NCBI GenBank assembly: GCA_963668175.1
Contig: OY764159.1
Coordinates: forward strand, 544,001 to 608,000
Source: Syntrophales bacterium
Lineage (GTDB): Bacteria > Desulfobacterota > Syntrophia > Syntrophales > PHBD01
Length of the DNA stretch: 64,000 nt
Direction: 5' to 3'
The position numbers were made by a program, and so were the translations under genes. The notes under the pieces are model-generated. The model saw nothing but the letters and a program-made list of their open reading frames with translations, did not search any database and had not been told where the DNA came from. Position 1 is the stretch's first letter, and the number at the start of each line of letters is the position of its first letter. This document shows positions 44,733 to 54,770 of the stretch, piece by piece.

Positions 44733-46358
44733 TTACAATACATAACGAATACTCAGCCGTTCAGCGGCGTGATGATCGGCGATCCCCAGGGCGTCGGACA
44801 TACCGATGGGCAACGAAGTCGACCGGCCCAACGGTGCGACGATCTTCTTCAATTCCGTATCGAAACTTTTATAAACATCAACGACCCGCTGGGCGACCTG
44901 TTCCGGATCGAGGCGTCGGTACAGCCGTGGATCCTGCGACGTGATGCCCTTGGGGCAAAGGCCGATATTGCAGACATTGCACCGGTCCGTTTCCGAACCG
45001 AGACATCCGGCGGCGGCCTGCATGAGGTATTTTCCGATTTGCACGCCGCTGGCGCCGAGCATAATCAAGGCCGCAGCGTTGGCGGCAAGGTTTCCGTTCT
45101 TGCCGATACCGCCGCCGGCAAAGAGGGGAATCTCGTTCTGCTTTCCTATTTTGACCAGATTGAGATACGCATCCCTGATGATGCTCGCAATCGGATGGCC
45201 CATATGGTTCATGGAAACATTGTAGGCCGCCCCTGTTCCGCCGTCTTCTCCGTCAATGGCCAAACCGGCGGCATAGGCGTTCCGGGTGAGATTGTTGAGA
45301 ACGGCCAGGGAGGTACTCGTGGCCGATATCTTCGGATAGACCGGTACGCGGAAACCCCAGGCCATGGACATGGACTGGATCATTTTGGCGACGGCCTCTT
45401 CGATCGAATATTTGGTCTGATGCGTCGGCGGACTGGGAAGACTGACCCCCTGCGGGACGCCGCGGATGGCCGCGATCAGCTTGTTGACCTTGTGCCACAT
45501 CAACAAACCGCCGTCGCCGGGTTTGGCTCCCTGGCCGTACTTGATTTCGATGGCGCAGGGATCTTCCTTCATTTCGGGAAGGGCATGGATAATCTCGTCC
45601 CAGCCGAAATATCCGCTCGCAATCTGCAGAATAGTATACTTTAAAAAGCGGGACCGCAGCAGACGGGGAGGGCATCCCCCTTCGCCCGTACACATACAGA
45701 CCGGCATTTTCATCTCTTCATTCAAATAGGCCACCCCCATCTGCAGCCCTTCCCACATATTGGGGGACAGGGCGCCGAAGGACATGCTGCCGATGATCAG
45801 GGGATAGACTTCCCGCACAGGTGGTATCCAGCCGTTTTCGCTGCGGATCTTCAGCAACTCTTCCGGGGGTAAAATACGGCCCAGGAGCGTCCGCAGCTCG
45901 AAATCGTGACGTCCGGCATCCAGGGCCGGGTCGGTCAGCATGGAGATACGGGTGAATTTGATGGCATCGAGGATGCTGCCGGGATCGTTGCGGCGCCCGC
46001 CGCGGCGACGGGGTTCCCCGCCCTGATTGATATGAAACCGCAGTTTGTCGATTTCGTCGTTGTGGAAGGGGCCGATGGCCCCGTTGGGGCAGACCATCTC
46101 GCACATGCCGCAACCGATGCAGGCATAAGCCGGTTCCGTGCGCTGCCGGATGCCGTGGTATACGCCATAGACGTTGGCCGGCTTATTCTGCAGACCCACG
46201 GCTACATCGATGGTCCGTTTCCGGTGCACGCCCAACTCAATGGCCCGTACGGGGCAAACCGCCGTACAGCGGCCGCAGAGCGTGCATTTTTCTTTGCTCC
46301 AGCAGATCCGCCAAGGCAGATCCTTGGTCCCTAGTGTAGATGGGGCAATTTTTCCCAT
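44733..46358 (-). CDS. Glutamate synthase FMN-binding subunit with N-terminal ferredoxin
   Basis: CTLCGRCTAVCP, MSFGALS, TGEGG, QIASG.FG, EIKYGQGAKPGDGG, C-terminal Cys cluster; start ATG 46358. Confidence 0.9.
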   Translation of the reverse strand: MGKIAPSTLGTKDLPWRICWSKEKCTLCGRCTAVCPVRAIELGVHRKRTIDVAVGLQNKPANVYGVYHGIRQRTEPAYACIGCGMCEMVCPNGAIGPFHNDEIDKLRFHINQGGEPRRRGGRRNDPGSILDAIKFTRISMLTDPALDAGRHDFELRTLLGRILPPEELLKIRSENGWIPPVREVYPLIIGSMSFGALSPNMWEGLQMGVAYLNEEMKMPVCMCTGEGGCPPRLLRSRFLKYTILQIASGYFGWDEIIHALPEMKEDPCAIEIKYGQGAKPGDGGLLMWHKVNKLIAAIRGVPQGVSLPSPPTHQTKYSIEEAVAKMIQSMSMAWGFRVPVYPKISATSTSLAVLNNLTRNAYAAGLAIDGEDGGTGAAYNVSMNHMGHPIASIIRDAYLNLVKIGKQNEIPLFAGGGIGKNGNLAANAAALIMLGASGVQIGKYLMQAAAGCLGSETDRCNVCNIGLCPKGITSQDPRLYRRLDPEQVAQRVVDVYKSFDTELKKIVAPLGRSTSLPIGMSDALGIADHHAAERLSIRYVL

Positions 46359-47461
46359 TGACTCCAACGCTTTACCTCCTGACGGGTCGAGTCGACGAAA
46401 ACGGTATCGTATTTCATCGGCTGAAAATCGTTCTTCTTGTTGCGGTCCGGAATGGCGGAATCGAGCCCGCACATTTCCGAGGAAAAAACAAACAAGCCCG
46501 GCCTGCCGCCGGCAATGCCGGGACGCAGTTTCTTGCTGTCCTGGACCATGAACATCGTTTTATCGGGAAGACATCCGATGACGCAGTTGGGGCCGTCGAT
46601 GATCAGAGGCCGGCAGCTGCGCTTCAGAAGCCGTAAATATTCGCCGTCGGCGTGGCGCTCCAATTCCTCGTCTTTCAGCGGCGTTATCAGATGTTTGTAC
46701 ATATCCAGCCCCATACCGAGATGGGTGCGGCTGTAATGGAGAATGTGGGTAAATACTTCCGAGTCCGACTGATAGCCCACGTACCCCGGATAATTGCGGG
46801 ACATGAGGTATTCGCGGATAGGGACGAAAGCGGTGTTTTCACCGTTGGTCATGGTGGCGATACCCTGGATGAAGAACGGATGGCAGGCATAGATGTTGAT
46901 GGCGTAATTGGTATTCTGCCGTCCCTGCGAGAGGACGATGCGTGCCTTCAATTCCTCGCGGTCCAACTGGAGATAATCCGCAACCATAAGAGGGTCGCCG
47001 ACTTCCTTGAGCATGATCACGTCGGGCCAGAAACTGAAGATCATCATTGAATTATCTTCCGCGCCCATCATGCGCAAGGCGAGACGGGTTGTCATCAGGC
47101 GGTATTCGCGTTCCGTCTGGGACAAGGACGCCCAATCCGACGGCCATTCATAGGCGCGTATAACATAATTGTCGCGTTGCGGCGTGCCTGAGGGTGCATC
47201 CTTCGTCGGGCGAATGGCCAGGTTGTATTTGACCTTGTAATTCTGCTTCTCCATATAACGGTCGAGTTCAACCAGGCCTTGATTGGAAAAAATGCCGGAC
47301 AGAATCGGCAATCCCTTAAAACCTTCGAAAACGCCGCCGAGATCCGAAAGAAAAAGACCTACGCCGGAACCGTCATGACCCTCTTTCATGACATTGAGGG
47401 CGTTGATGGCTACCATCGGCGAGAGCGGGTCGCTGCTCGTCATCGCGAATAATCGACACAT
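46331..47461 (-). CDS. Glutamate synthase amidotransferase subunit (Ntn class II GATase)
   Basis: Cys at position 2 (MCRLF), GRQNTN, CHPFF, NGEN, SDSE, DGP, LRP. Confidence 0.88.
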   Translation of the reverse strand: MCRLFAMTSSDPLSPMVAINALNVMKEGHDGSGVGLFLSDLGGVFEGFKGLPILSGIFSNQGLVELDRYMEKQNYKVKYNLAIRPTKDAPSGTPQRDNYVIRAYEWPSDWASLSQTEREYRLMTTRLALRMMGAEDNSMMIFSFWPDVIMLKEVGDPLMVADYLQLDREELKARIVLSQGRQNTNYAINIYACHPFFIQGIATMTNGENTAFVPIREYLMSRNYPGYVGYQSDSEVFTHILHYSRTHLGMGLDMYKHLITPLKDEELERHADGEYLRLLKRSCRPLIIDGPNCVIGCLPDKTMFMVQDSKKLRPGIAGGRPGLFVFSSEMCGLDSAIPDRNKKNDFQPMKYDTVFVDSTRQEVKRWSQWEKLPHLH

Positions 47462-47533
47462 ACGTTTGTCCTTTCTGGATGAGCCGGATACATAGATGTG
47501 CGAACCGGCACAATTTATCAGGCCCCTATTGCT

Positions 47534-47549
47534 TGCTAAAATTATGCCA
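47534..47549 (-). promoter_or_regulatory. sigma54 (-24/-12) promoter of the glutamate synthase cluster
   Basis: Minus strand TGGCATAATTTTAGCA = GG-N10-GC, ~70 nt upstream of the ATG. Confidence 0.75.
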
Positions 47550-47614
47550 TTATTGTCACGGTGATAAACGGTCGAATAACAAGGATGTCACGGACAAGGA
47601 GTGGTACACGTGTT

Positions 47615-47746
47615 ACAATATTGTTGTTGTCGGCAGTCTGTGCCTCCTTTTCCCGGGGGAAAACAAACATTTCATTAATTATTTCCTTTGCTTACATGAT
47701 TATTACAAAATCGTAGCGAGAAAAGGCTATTTTGACAAAATTGTCA
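47615..47746. promoter_or_regulatory. Three palindromic candidate upstream activator sites (ACA-N4-YGT)
   Basis: ACAATATTGT 47615-47624, ACAAAATCGT 47705-47714, TGACAAAATTGTCA 47733-47746. Confidence 0.6.
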
Positions 47747-47808
47747 TTTTGCGTGACTTCGGCTGATGGCCGGAGAGGAACGATTTTAGCGTCTTTCGCA
47801 GCGTCACG

Positions 47809-49401
47809 TTACGAAGATGCTTCTCTGGCGGAACCTGAGCGAAACCTTCCCGGATCAATTCCGAACTTCTTGATCTTATAATGAATAATCCTCTTGGTTG
47901 TTCCCAGTATCAGGGCGGCCTGGCTCTGATTGCCTCTCGTTTCTTTCAAGGCATCGATGATCAGCGCCCTTTCCTGTGTTTCAATAATGGTTCCGAATTT
48001 ACCCTGGTCGGGGGCTGCGGAAGAGCCGGTTCTGATCTGAAGTGAAGGCGGAAGGTGAATCATGTCGATGGCATCGCCTGTCGCCATTAAGACGGCCCTT
48101 TCGATACAGTTTTCCAATTCCCGGACATTGCCCGGCCAGGAGTAGGACAGGAAGGCTTCGGTTACGGGAAGCGATATCTTCTTCATGGGTTTGCCCAGGT
48201 CTTTGCAGAATTTCGTTACGAAATGATCCGCAAGCAGGATGACGTCGCTGCCCCGGTCTCGCAACGGAGGCAGAAAAATCGGGAACACATTGATTCGATA
48301 ATATAAATCGGCACGGAAGCGGCCGGAAACGACGTCCCGTTCCAGCACCCGGTTCGTCGCCGCAATGATACGTACGTTGACATTGACAATCCGCGACGAT
48401 CCCAAGGGTTGGAATTTCTTTTCCTGGATGACGCGAAGCAGTTTGGCCTGGGCCGCAGCGGACAACTCTCCGATTTCGTCCAGAAAAATGGTACCGCCGT
48501 GCGCTTCCTCGAAACGGCCCCGGCGCTGATGCAGAGCCCCGGTGAAGGCTCCCTTTTCATGGCCGAAAAGTTCGCTTTCGATCAGGGTATCCGGCATAGC
48601 GGCACAATTGACCTGGATGAGAGGTCCCTTATTCCGGGGGCTGTTCGTGTGAATGGCCCGGGCCACCAGTTCCTTGCCCGTTCCGGTTTCTCCATTAATA
48701 AGGACGGTTGTGTTGGAATCGGCAACCTGTGCGATCAGCCCAAAAACTTCCCGCATGACGCCGGAGTGTCCTACGATATCGATGGACGGCGATTTGGTTC
48801 GGCTGATAATGTCCCTCAGCCGCCGGTTTTCTTCTTCCAGGACGCGGAAGTGGACCGGTTTGGCGATCAACTCGGCCACGGCCGTCATGGTCGCCAGTTC
48901 GCGATCCAGGTTTTCAACTTCGTGGGTTACCTTGTCCGCGGACAAAACGCCGACGACGCGCCCTTCATAGACTATCGGAACGCTCAGGTAGGAGAGCTCC
49001 GACCGGTCCAGAAAACGGCGGGCGCCGGTCCGGTCGAGAAAGTGGGTCTCCTGGCTTAAATTGGCAATGGCCATGGGACGCCCTGTCTGGGCCACCTGGC
49101 CGGTGATGCCCTCACCCGGTTTATAAGCGATTTCCAATCCCTGAATATTGATGCCGTGAGCGATATCAAGCCAGGCTTCGCCGGTTTCCCGATCGATAAG
49201 AGCAATCATGCCCCTCTTCATACCCAGCCGGCTGCTCAATTCTTTTAGCACCCTTTCCAGGAGGTTCCGCAGTTCCTGAGGCTGGGCCAGAATCTTCGCA
49301 ATGGCGTGCAAGGCCGCCAGCTCTTCATAGTTATGGATGCTGAGAACGGAAGAGGATGCCGCCGGTTCCGTCAAGGGTTGTTCTTGTATCTCATTCATCA
49401 T
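47809..49401 (-). CDS. NifA-like sigma54 enhancer-binding protein (GAF-AAA+-Fis HTH)
   Basis: GEGITG (GAF), [41 protein letters not shown]-terminal HTH. Confidence 0.93.
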   Translation of the reverse strand: MMNEIQEQPLTEPAASSSVLSIHNYEELAALHAIAKILAQPQELRNLLERVLKELSSRLGMKRGMIALIDRETGEAWLDIAHGINIQGLEIAYKPGEGITGQVAQTGRPMAIANLSQETHFLDRTGARRFLDRSELSYLSVPIVYEGRVVGVLSADKVTHEVENLDRELATMTAVAELIAKPVHFRVLEEENRRLRDIISRTKSPSIDIVGHSGVMREVFGLIAQVADSNTTVLINGETGTGKELVARAIHTNSPRNKGPLIQVNCAAMPDTLIESELFGHEKGAFTGALHQRRGRFEEAHGGTIFLDEIGELSAAAQAKLLRVIQEKKFQPLGSSRIVNVNVRIIAATNRVLERDVVSGRFRADLYYRINVFPIFLPPLRDRGSDVILLADHFVTKFCKDLGKPMKKISLPVTEAFLSYSWPGNVRELENCIERAVLMATGDAIDMIHLPPSLQIRTGSSAAPDQGKFGTIIETQERALIIDALKETRGNQSQAALILGTTKRIIHYKIKKFGIDPGRFRSGSAREASS

Positions 49402-49517
49402 TCTGTCACGTATTCAATGGTATCATCATGGAAGCATTGCGGATTGTATTTCAGAAAGGGCTCCGCAAGTTCCGATCCGCCGACCTTCGTCGCTTTACTG
49501 AACATCCCCTGATGTAC

Positions 49518-49533
49518 TGCAAATAGTATTCCA
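49518..49533 (-). promoter_or_regulatory. Candidate sigma54 promoter upstream of the activator gene
   Basis: Minus strand TGGAATACTATTTGCA = GG-N10-GC with TTGCA. Confidence 0.55.
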
Positions 49534-49760
49534 CCCACAAGCCATGGCGCTTTTGCACCATTGAACAATCAATTTCTATCATGGGCCGCGTAGATGTAAA
49601 TGCCGGACGCATCACATTTCCCTTGTACGACAAACCATAATAGGTCCAATGCAGCCTCTTTTTAAACCGATTACAGGGCATCTCCGCCGATTGGGTAACG
49701 GATAACGGGAGCGGCTTCTGCGTCGCCCCATCCCGTATGTTCCGCAAGGCAACAGGACGT

Positions 49761-50591
49761 TCACCTTTGGAGAAGGACAGGGATAGGACTGTTTCGAATG
49801 ATGTGATTGGTTGTGCTGCCCAATAGCCATTCGCGGAGCCTGTTGTGCCCGTAAGCGCCCATGACCATGAGTTCGACGGAACCTTCTTTAATGAACCGCA
49901 GCAGAGTACGGTCTTCAGCACCGCCGAGAATGATCATGTCACTGTCTATGGTATAGGGAGATAAAACATCCTCGGCCTGACGGGAGAGTTCCGCCCCAAC
50001 AGCCTGATCGTCGGTGATCATGACGACCGACAAGGGCCAGACGGTCTTTTCGGAAAGCTCTGCTGCAACTTTCAAGGCATTGGTCGCAGGCGGGCTGCCG
50101 TCATAGGCGCATGCCATGCTTTCAATATCACAATACTTCTGAGGCGTTACCAAGACAGGACGCCCTGATTTCCGCAGAATGGACTCGGCGGTGGAGCCGA
50201 TCCCGCCCAGGTGAAGGTGTTCGCCTCTCTGCGCCAGGAGTATCCAATCGGCCGTTTGCGCCTCCTGAATGATAGAATCATCAATGATACCATGCGCTTT
50301 GATTGCTTCATGGGCCACTCCCGCCTTTTCGCATTGCTGCGTGAAATCGTTCATGATGGCGTCGGCCCTGTTTTCCAGGCCGCTCGCTTCGACAGGAAGA
50401 AATTCCGGGTAGGGCGGAATACCGACGGACCCGGAAACGTCGCACAACAAGGGCGGCTGCAACAGCCTGATGTCTACGACATGAAGGCAGGTGAGTTTGG
50501 CATCGAGTTTGCGCGCAATATAGATCCCGTATTCAACGGAGGTCTTGGCATAACTGGATCCATCGGACGGGATCAAAATATGATGAATCAT
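49761..50591 (-). CDS. Tandem universal stress protein
   Basis: ILIPSDGS, GSTAESILR, AYDGS, MGAYGH..LLGSTT. Confidence 0.9.
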   Translation of the reverse strand: MIHHILIPSDGSSYAKTSVEYGIYIARKLDAKLTCLHVVDIRLLQPPLLCDVSGSVGIPPYPEFLPVEASGLENRADAIMNDFTQQCEKAGVAHEAIKAHGIIDDSIIQEAQTADWILLAQRGEHLHLGGIGSTAESILRKSGRPVLVTPQKYCDIESMACAYDGSPPATNALKVAAELSEKTVWPLSVVMITDDQAVGAELSRQAEDVLSPYTIDSDMIILGGAEDRTLLRFIKEGSVELMVMGAYGHNRLREWLLGSTTNHIIRNSPIPVLLQR

Positions 50592-51286
50592 TATGAGCCT
50601 TTATTTTCATTTTTCTCATAATTGGTAAGATTCCTGAGCAGATCTTCAACCCTCTTTTCCTTGTCTTCCAGATCTTCGGCAGATTCATACGGTTCGGCGC
50701 CATTATCCCATGACGGGATTTTCAATGCAATGCCCTGTTCGTCGAAGGACTGGAATGAGCCTTCCAGTTTTCCATTCCGGTACAAAGCCTTCTCCTTGAT
50801 CCGGCCGGATCGGTAGTACGCCACGTATTCCCCGTCCCTCTTTTCGTTGACGAAAGCCCCCATTTCCTTGAGCTGGCCTGTCTTGTAATACGAGACATAC
50901 GGGCCGTCGAATTTGCCGTCAACGAAATTTTCCTCATCCTTCAATTGGCCGTTCCTGAAATACAGTCTATAGACGCCGTGGAGCTTGCCTTCTTTATAGG
51001 ATTCTATTTCACGGACCTGACCGTCCTCATAATAGTTGGAATATTCCCCATCGAGCCGGTCATTTTTGAAAGTTCCCCGTTCTCTGACCTGCCCGTCACG
51101 GTAATAAGAGGCGGCTTCGCCCTCTTTCAGCCCGTTTTGAAAATGAAGGTGCGCCATGATCTGGCCGTTGGCGAAATAAGAAGTATACTCGCCGTCCAGG
51201 ACCTTGCCCCGAAAATGTTTCCGTTCATGGACATGACCGTGTTCGTCGTATGAGATATCCTCTCTTCGCGCTTCATTGGCCGCCAT
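50591..51286 (-). CDS. MORN-variant repeat protein (YwqK-like)
   Basis: Six 24-aa repeats xGxYxxYYxxGQ; GAGGT RBS; TAATG overlap with the USP gene. Confidence 0.85.
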   Translation of the reverse strand: MAANEARREDISYDEHGHVHERKHFRGKVLDGEYTSYFANGQIMAHLHFQNGLKEGEAASYYRDGQVRERGTFKNDRLDGEYSNYYEDGQVREIESYKEGKLHGVYRLYFRNGQLKDEENFVDGKFDGPYVSYYKTGQLKEMGAFVNEKRDGEYVAYYRSGRIKEKALYRNGKLEGSFQSFDEQGIALKIPSWDNGAEPYESAEDLEDKEKRVEDLLRNLTNYEKNENKGS

Positions 51287-51511
51287 ATCGGTTACCTCGC
51301 TCTGTAAGTACGTTTTCCTGAAGGCTGAAGGGAGTGATCCGTGCACTCGCTGTTCCGACGCTTACCGGATAAGGTCCCGAAAGAATCATGCGTCCGTTTA
51401 CGGCGAACCCTTCGAACCTCATGGTTTCCGCCGGGTGTGACGGGACCTATTTCCTCATGAAGCCATGTTGCCTTTCAAGACGAAGACGGTGGGCAACAAA
51501 CGCAGCGGTTC

Positions 51512-52093
51512 CTAAAACACGAAAACAGCAGCTGCGATGACGGTCGTATATCCGTGATGTTTAACGATACTGGACTGCGTAATATTACGGGTGCTGACGA
51601 TCTTGCCGCTGATCTTGAAAATCTCTTTCTTTTCGTCCCAGCTTTCGTCGACGTTGAAATCGATACCGAGGGTGGACGCCAGCATAGCGGCCGCGAGGTC
51701 CTCCGCATAATCCCCGGCCTGCCTTTCCGTTTGGCCGAAGGCGTGATGCTCGCTGATATAACCGTATGCGTTCTTATCTGCAGGGATGGCGCAGCCGACC
51801 GAAGCAGCCAGAAGTCTTCTCGGCTCGTTGCTGCAGCAGCGGCTCATGACACAAAAGGTTATGGCACCGGGTTGCATCAGTTGGAGCCCCTGTTGTTTGG
51901 AGATCACTTTGCATCCCGGAGGAAATATGCTGGAGACCTGGACCAGATTACACTTTTCGATACCGGCATCCCGGAGAGCCAATTCAAAAGAGTGGAGTTC
52001 CTCCCGATGCGTGCCTACGCCCTTCGTGAAAAATAGCCTGCTGGGAACATAGGCATCGAGTCTCCCTACACCTTTCCATTGTGAAGTTGTCAT
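51512..52093 (-). CDS. pdaD: Pyruvoyl-dependent arginine decarboxylase
   Basis: [20 protein letters not shown] (Ser-Ser self-cleavage site), GYISEHH. Confidence 0.9.
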   Translation of the reverse strand: MTTSQWKGVGRLDAYVPSRLFFTKGVGTHREELHSFELALRDAGIEKCNLVQVSSIFPPGCKVISKQQGLQLMQPGAITFCVMSRCCSNEPRRLLAASVGCAIPADKNAYGYISEHHAFGQTERQAGDYAEDLAAAMLASTLGIDFNVDESWDEKKEIFKISGKIVSTRNITQSSIVKHHGYTTVIAAAVFVF

Positions 52094-52126
52094 TCAATAT
52101 CCTCCATCCGCTTATTTTGTATATGA

Positions 52127-52981
52127 TTAAGGAGTCAGATACCCCATAATGCGATAGATCAACTTGGCCGCCAGAAAGTCGGGAGCGACAAGTCCCGGGA
52201 TCGGGGCCAGTTCGACGACATCGAAGCCTCGAACGCGGCAGTTGCCGGCAACGGCTTGAATAATGTCCAGCAATTGCCGCCAGGATAAACCGTCAGGCTC
52301 GGGTGTACCTGTTGCCGGCATGTAGGCGGGATCAAGGACGTCCAGATCGATGGTTATATAGATATCGCCGCGCAGGCATTCGCAAATCCGCTTCAGCCAA
52401 TCGGCATTCTTGAACATATTGTGGGCGAAGAAGGTCTTGACGGATGACTGTTTCATAAAGTCCGCTTCATCTGTGCTCAGACTCCTGATGCCTACCTGCA
52501 CAAGCGGACATAGTTCCGCTATGCGACGGCCTGCACAAGCGTGGCTGTATGGACTGCCCTGATAGGAATCCCGCAGATCGGCATGGGCGTCGAAATGGAG
52601 GACGGAAAGCTCCGGATAACGTTCCCGTGCGGCCTCGACGGCCCCCGGCGACAGGCTGTGTTCTCCTCCCAGCATTACGGGTATTTTATTTAACTCCACG
52701 ATCTCACGAATCTTCTCCCGGACCGCACGGACCATGGCTTCCGGTCCACTGGCCTTCGCTTCCAGGAAATCGGCCGTGTGAATGCCGGAACGGAAGGTCT
52801 CTTTCCCCAATTCCTCATCGTAGAGTTCCATGTTGCCGGACGCTTCCAGGATGGCGGCCGGACCCCGCCGGGCTCCGGGTTGGTATGTCGATGTCAGGTC
52901 GTAGGGAACAGGAACAACGACAAACGCAGCGTTGTCCAGCGATTCATATTGAGGTGCCAACCCGCCAAAATTCATAGCCAT
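52127..52981 (-). CDS. speB: Agmatinase
   Basis: GGEHS, FDAHADLR, DLDVLDP, TGTPEPDG; start uncertain (52975-53005). Confidence 0.92.
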   Translation of the reverse strand: MAMNFGGLAPQYESLDNAAFVVVPVPYDLTSTYQPGARRGPAAILEASGNMELYDEELGKETFRSGIHTADFLEAKASGPEAMVRAVREKIREIVELNKIPVMLGGEHSLSPGAVEAARERYPELSVLHFDAHADLRDSYQGSPYSHACAGRRIAELCPLVQVGIRSLSTDEADFMKQSSVKTFFAHNMFKNADWLKRICECLRGDIYITIDLDVLDPAYMPATGTPEPDGLSWRQLLDIIQAVAGNCRVRGFDVVELAPIPGLVAPDFLAAKLIYRIMGYLTP

Positions 52982-53066
52982 ATCCATCCTATCATTAGTC
53001 GACAAATACCATACGGTATGGGATATGTCGAGATTTTCTCAAGCATTAGCCAAAACCTCCGCGCAT

Positions 53067-53831
53067 TTAGACATCCGGGCGGTAATATTTAAGGTCGAAC
53101 CGGCCGTCTTCGTAACAGAGGTATGAATAGTAGCTGATCCAGTCCCCCAGGGCCGCAAAAGTCTTGCGGCGTCCGCCCATGACGATATCGTTCTTAAGGA
53201 AGGGCTTATGGGCATGTCCAAGAATAACGGCGTCATAACCCTCCTCGAATTTTTTCATGGCGAAGACCAGCATCTTTTCCTTAATGGCTTCTTCTTGACC
53301 GGGGGACATATTCCTGCTGATGGTCGAGCTGATCCGGGCCATTTCCCAAAGAACCGGAGCCGGGATAAATTGCTGCAACGTAGAGGCAAAACGGCTCCGC
53401 AGAAAATTACGGAGCATCATGTGCCCTGTGTTGGACTGATCGACCGTATCGCCGTGGGACACAAGAAAGCGGAGTCCGTCCACATGAAAATCTCCCCATT
53501 CTTCAATGACTTCCATCCCCAGCTTCTTTGAGAAATACCTTTCCAGGAAAAAGTCATGATTGCCTTCAAAAAACGTAATGTGCACGCCTCGCTTTTTTAG
53601 AGCAGTCAGGGCGTCGAGCACAGGAAGATAATCGGGATACACCCTGTCGTCTTTGCAGAACCAGAAGTCGAAAATATCTCCCACGAGAAAGAGGTTGTCG
53701 GCATCGGTGGTTTGCGCGGACAGGTGCTTCCCATCTGGGCAGCCGAGACGATTCAGAAAATGCAGGAGCACGTGATACGACTTGTCCCGGTTGCTTCTCA
53801 AATGCGCATCGGATAAAAAAATGGCCTTCAT
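53067..53831 (-). CDS. lpxH: UDP-2,3-diacylglucosamine diphosphatase
   Basis: FLSDAHL, GDIFDFW, EGNHDF, SHGD, GHAH, LGDW. Confidence 0.8.
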   Translation of the reverse strand: MKAIFLSDAHLRSNRDKSYHVLLHFLNRLGCPDGKHLSAQTTDADNLFLVGDIFDFWFCKDDRVYPDYLPVLDALTALKKRGVHITFFEGNHDFFLERYFSKKLGMEVIEEWGDFHVDGLRFLVSHGDTVDQSNTGHMMLRNFLRSRFASTLQQFIPAPVLWEMARISSTISRNMSPGQEEAIKEKMLVFAMKKFEEGYDAVILGHAHKPFLKNDIVMGGRRKTFAALGDWISYYSYLCYEDGRFDLKYYRPDV

Positions 53832-53967
53832 GGGAGGTATGTCTTCCCCGTTTTCGTATGGCAATATCCCGTAAAACGAACTTATCTAGCATAATTGCCC
53901 ACCGAGAAAAAGTATTAATTTTATCGTTCAATCCTCTACCTTATTCAAAGACTTACCCGGAAAAGCG

Positions 53968-53996
53968 TTGACAATCACCGCCGTGTTCCGTAAGAA
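53968..53996 (+). promoter_or_regulatory. Candidate sigma70 promoter for the DUF554 gene
   Basis: TTGACA-17 nt-TAAGAA. Confidence 0.4.
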
Positions 53997-54041
53997 GAGA
54001 ATGCACGTTTAAAAACTTTAAGGAAACGAAAAAGCCGTCCA

Positions 54042-54719
54042 TTGAAAGGTACTTTTGTAAATACCGGAGCCATTCTTGTGGGCAGCCTTGTCGGGATTTT
54101 GGCGGGCAAACGTCTGCCGGACCGGCTGAAGACGCTGCTGATGCAGGCGTTGGGGCTGGCCGTCCTCCTCATTGGCCTGCAGATGGCGCTCTCCGGCGGT
54201 GAAACCCTGGTGACGGTCGGCTGTCTCCTGCTTGGCGCCATTACGGGTGAGTTGATCCGGATCGAGCAGGGCACCGAACGTCTCGGTGCATGGCTCAAGA
54301 GACGGTTTCAATCCGATTCGGCCACCTTCGTCGAAGGCTTCGTCTCCGCATCCATTCTATATGTGACGGGCGCCATGATGATTGTCGGATCGATACAGGA
54401 TGGAACGACCGGGGACGCGCGTATCCTGTACATCAAATCGTTGCTGGACGGCGTCGGTTCCATTGCCTTTGCCTCAACTCTCGGGATCGGGGTGGCGTTT
54501 TCGGCCTTGTCCGTGTTCGTCGTGCAGGGAAGCATCACCCTGCTGGCCTCTAAACTCCTCTTTCTGCAAAATCCTGTGGTGCTCGGAGCCATCACGGCCA
54601 CCGGCGGCCTGCTGATTGTCGGCATTGGCCTGAATATACTCGGCGTAACCCGGATCAGGATCGGAAATCTTTTGCCCGCCCTGGTGTACGCTATTATCTG
54701 GGCTGTCGTTTTCCGGTAG
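54042..54719 (+). CDS. DUF554 family membrane protein
   Basis: GTFVN..AILVG, EGFV.ASIL, GAM.IVGSIQDG, KSLLDG, NLLPAL. Confidence 0.88.
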   Translation: MKGTFVNTGAILVGSLVGILAGKRLPDRLKTLLMQALGLAVLLIGLQMALSGGETLVTVGCLLLGAITGELIRIEQGTERLGAWLKRRFQSDSATFVEGFVSASILYVTGAMMIVGSIQDGTTGDARILYIKSLLDGVGSIAFASTLGIGVAFSALSVFVVQGSITLLASKLLFLQNPVVLGAITATGGLLIVGIGLNILGVTRIRIGNLLPALVYAIIWAVVFR

Positions 54720-54770
54720 CGTTACTTATGCCGGACGAAAAAGCTATTTTAAGGAAAGGAGCAGCGCATC

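Noticed and set aside
47809..49401. Calling the activator nifA and inferring nitrogen fixation
   Set aside because: Architecture is NifA-like, but no nif genes or clear TGT-N10-ACA sites were seen.
50591..51286. Toxin-antitoxin system based on YwqK similarity
   Set aside because: No adjacent toxin gene; MORN-variant repeats are generic.
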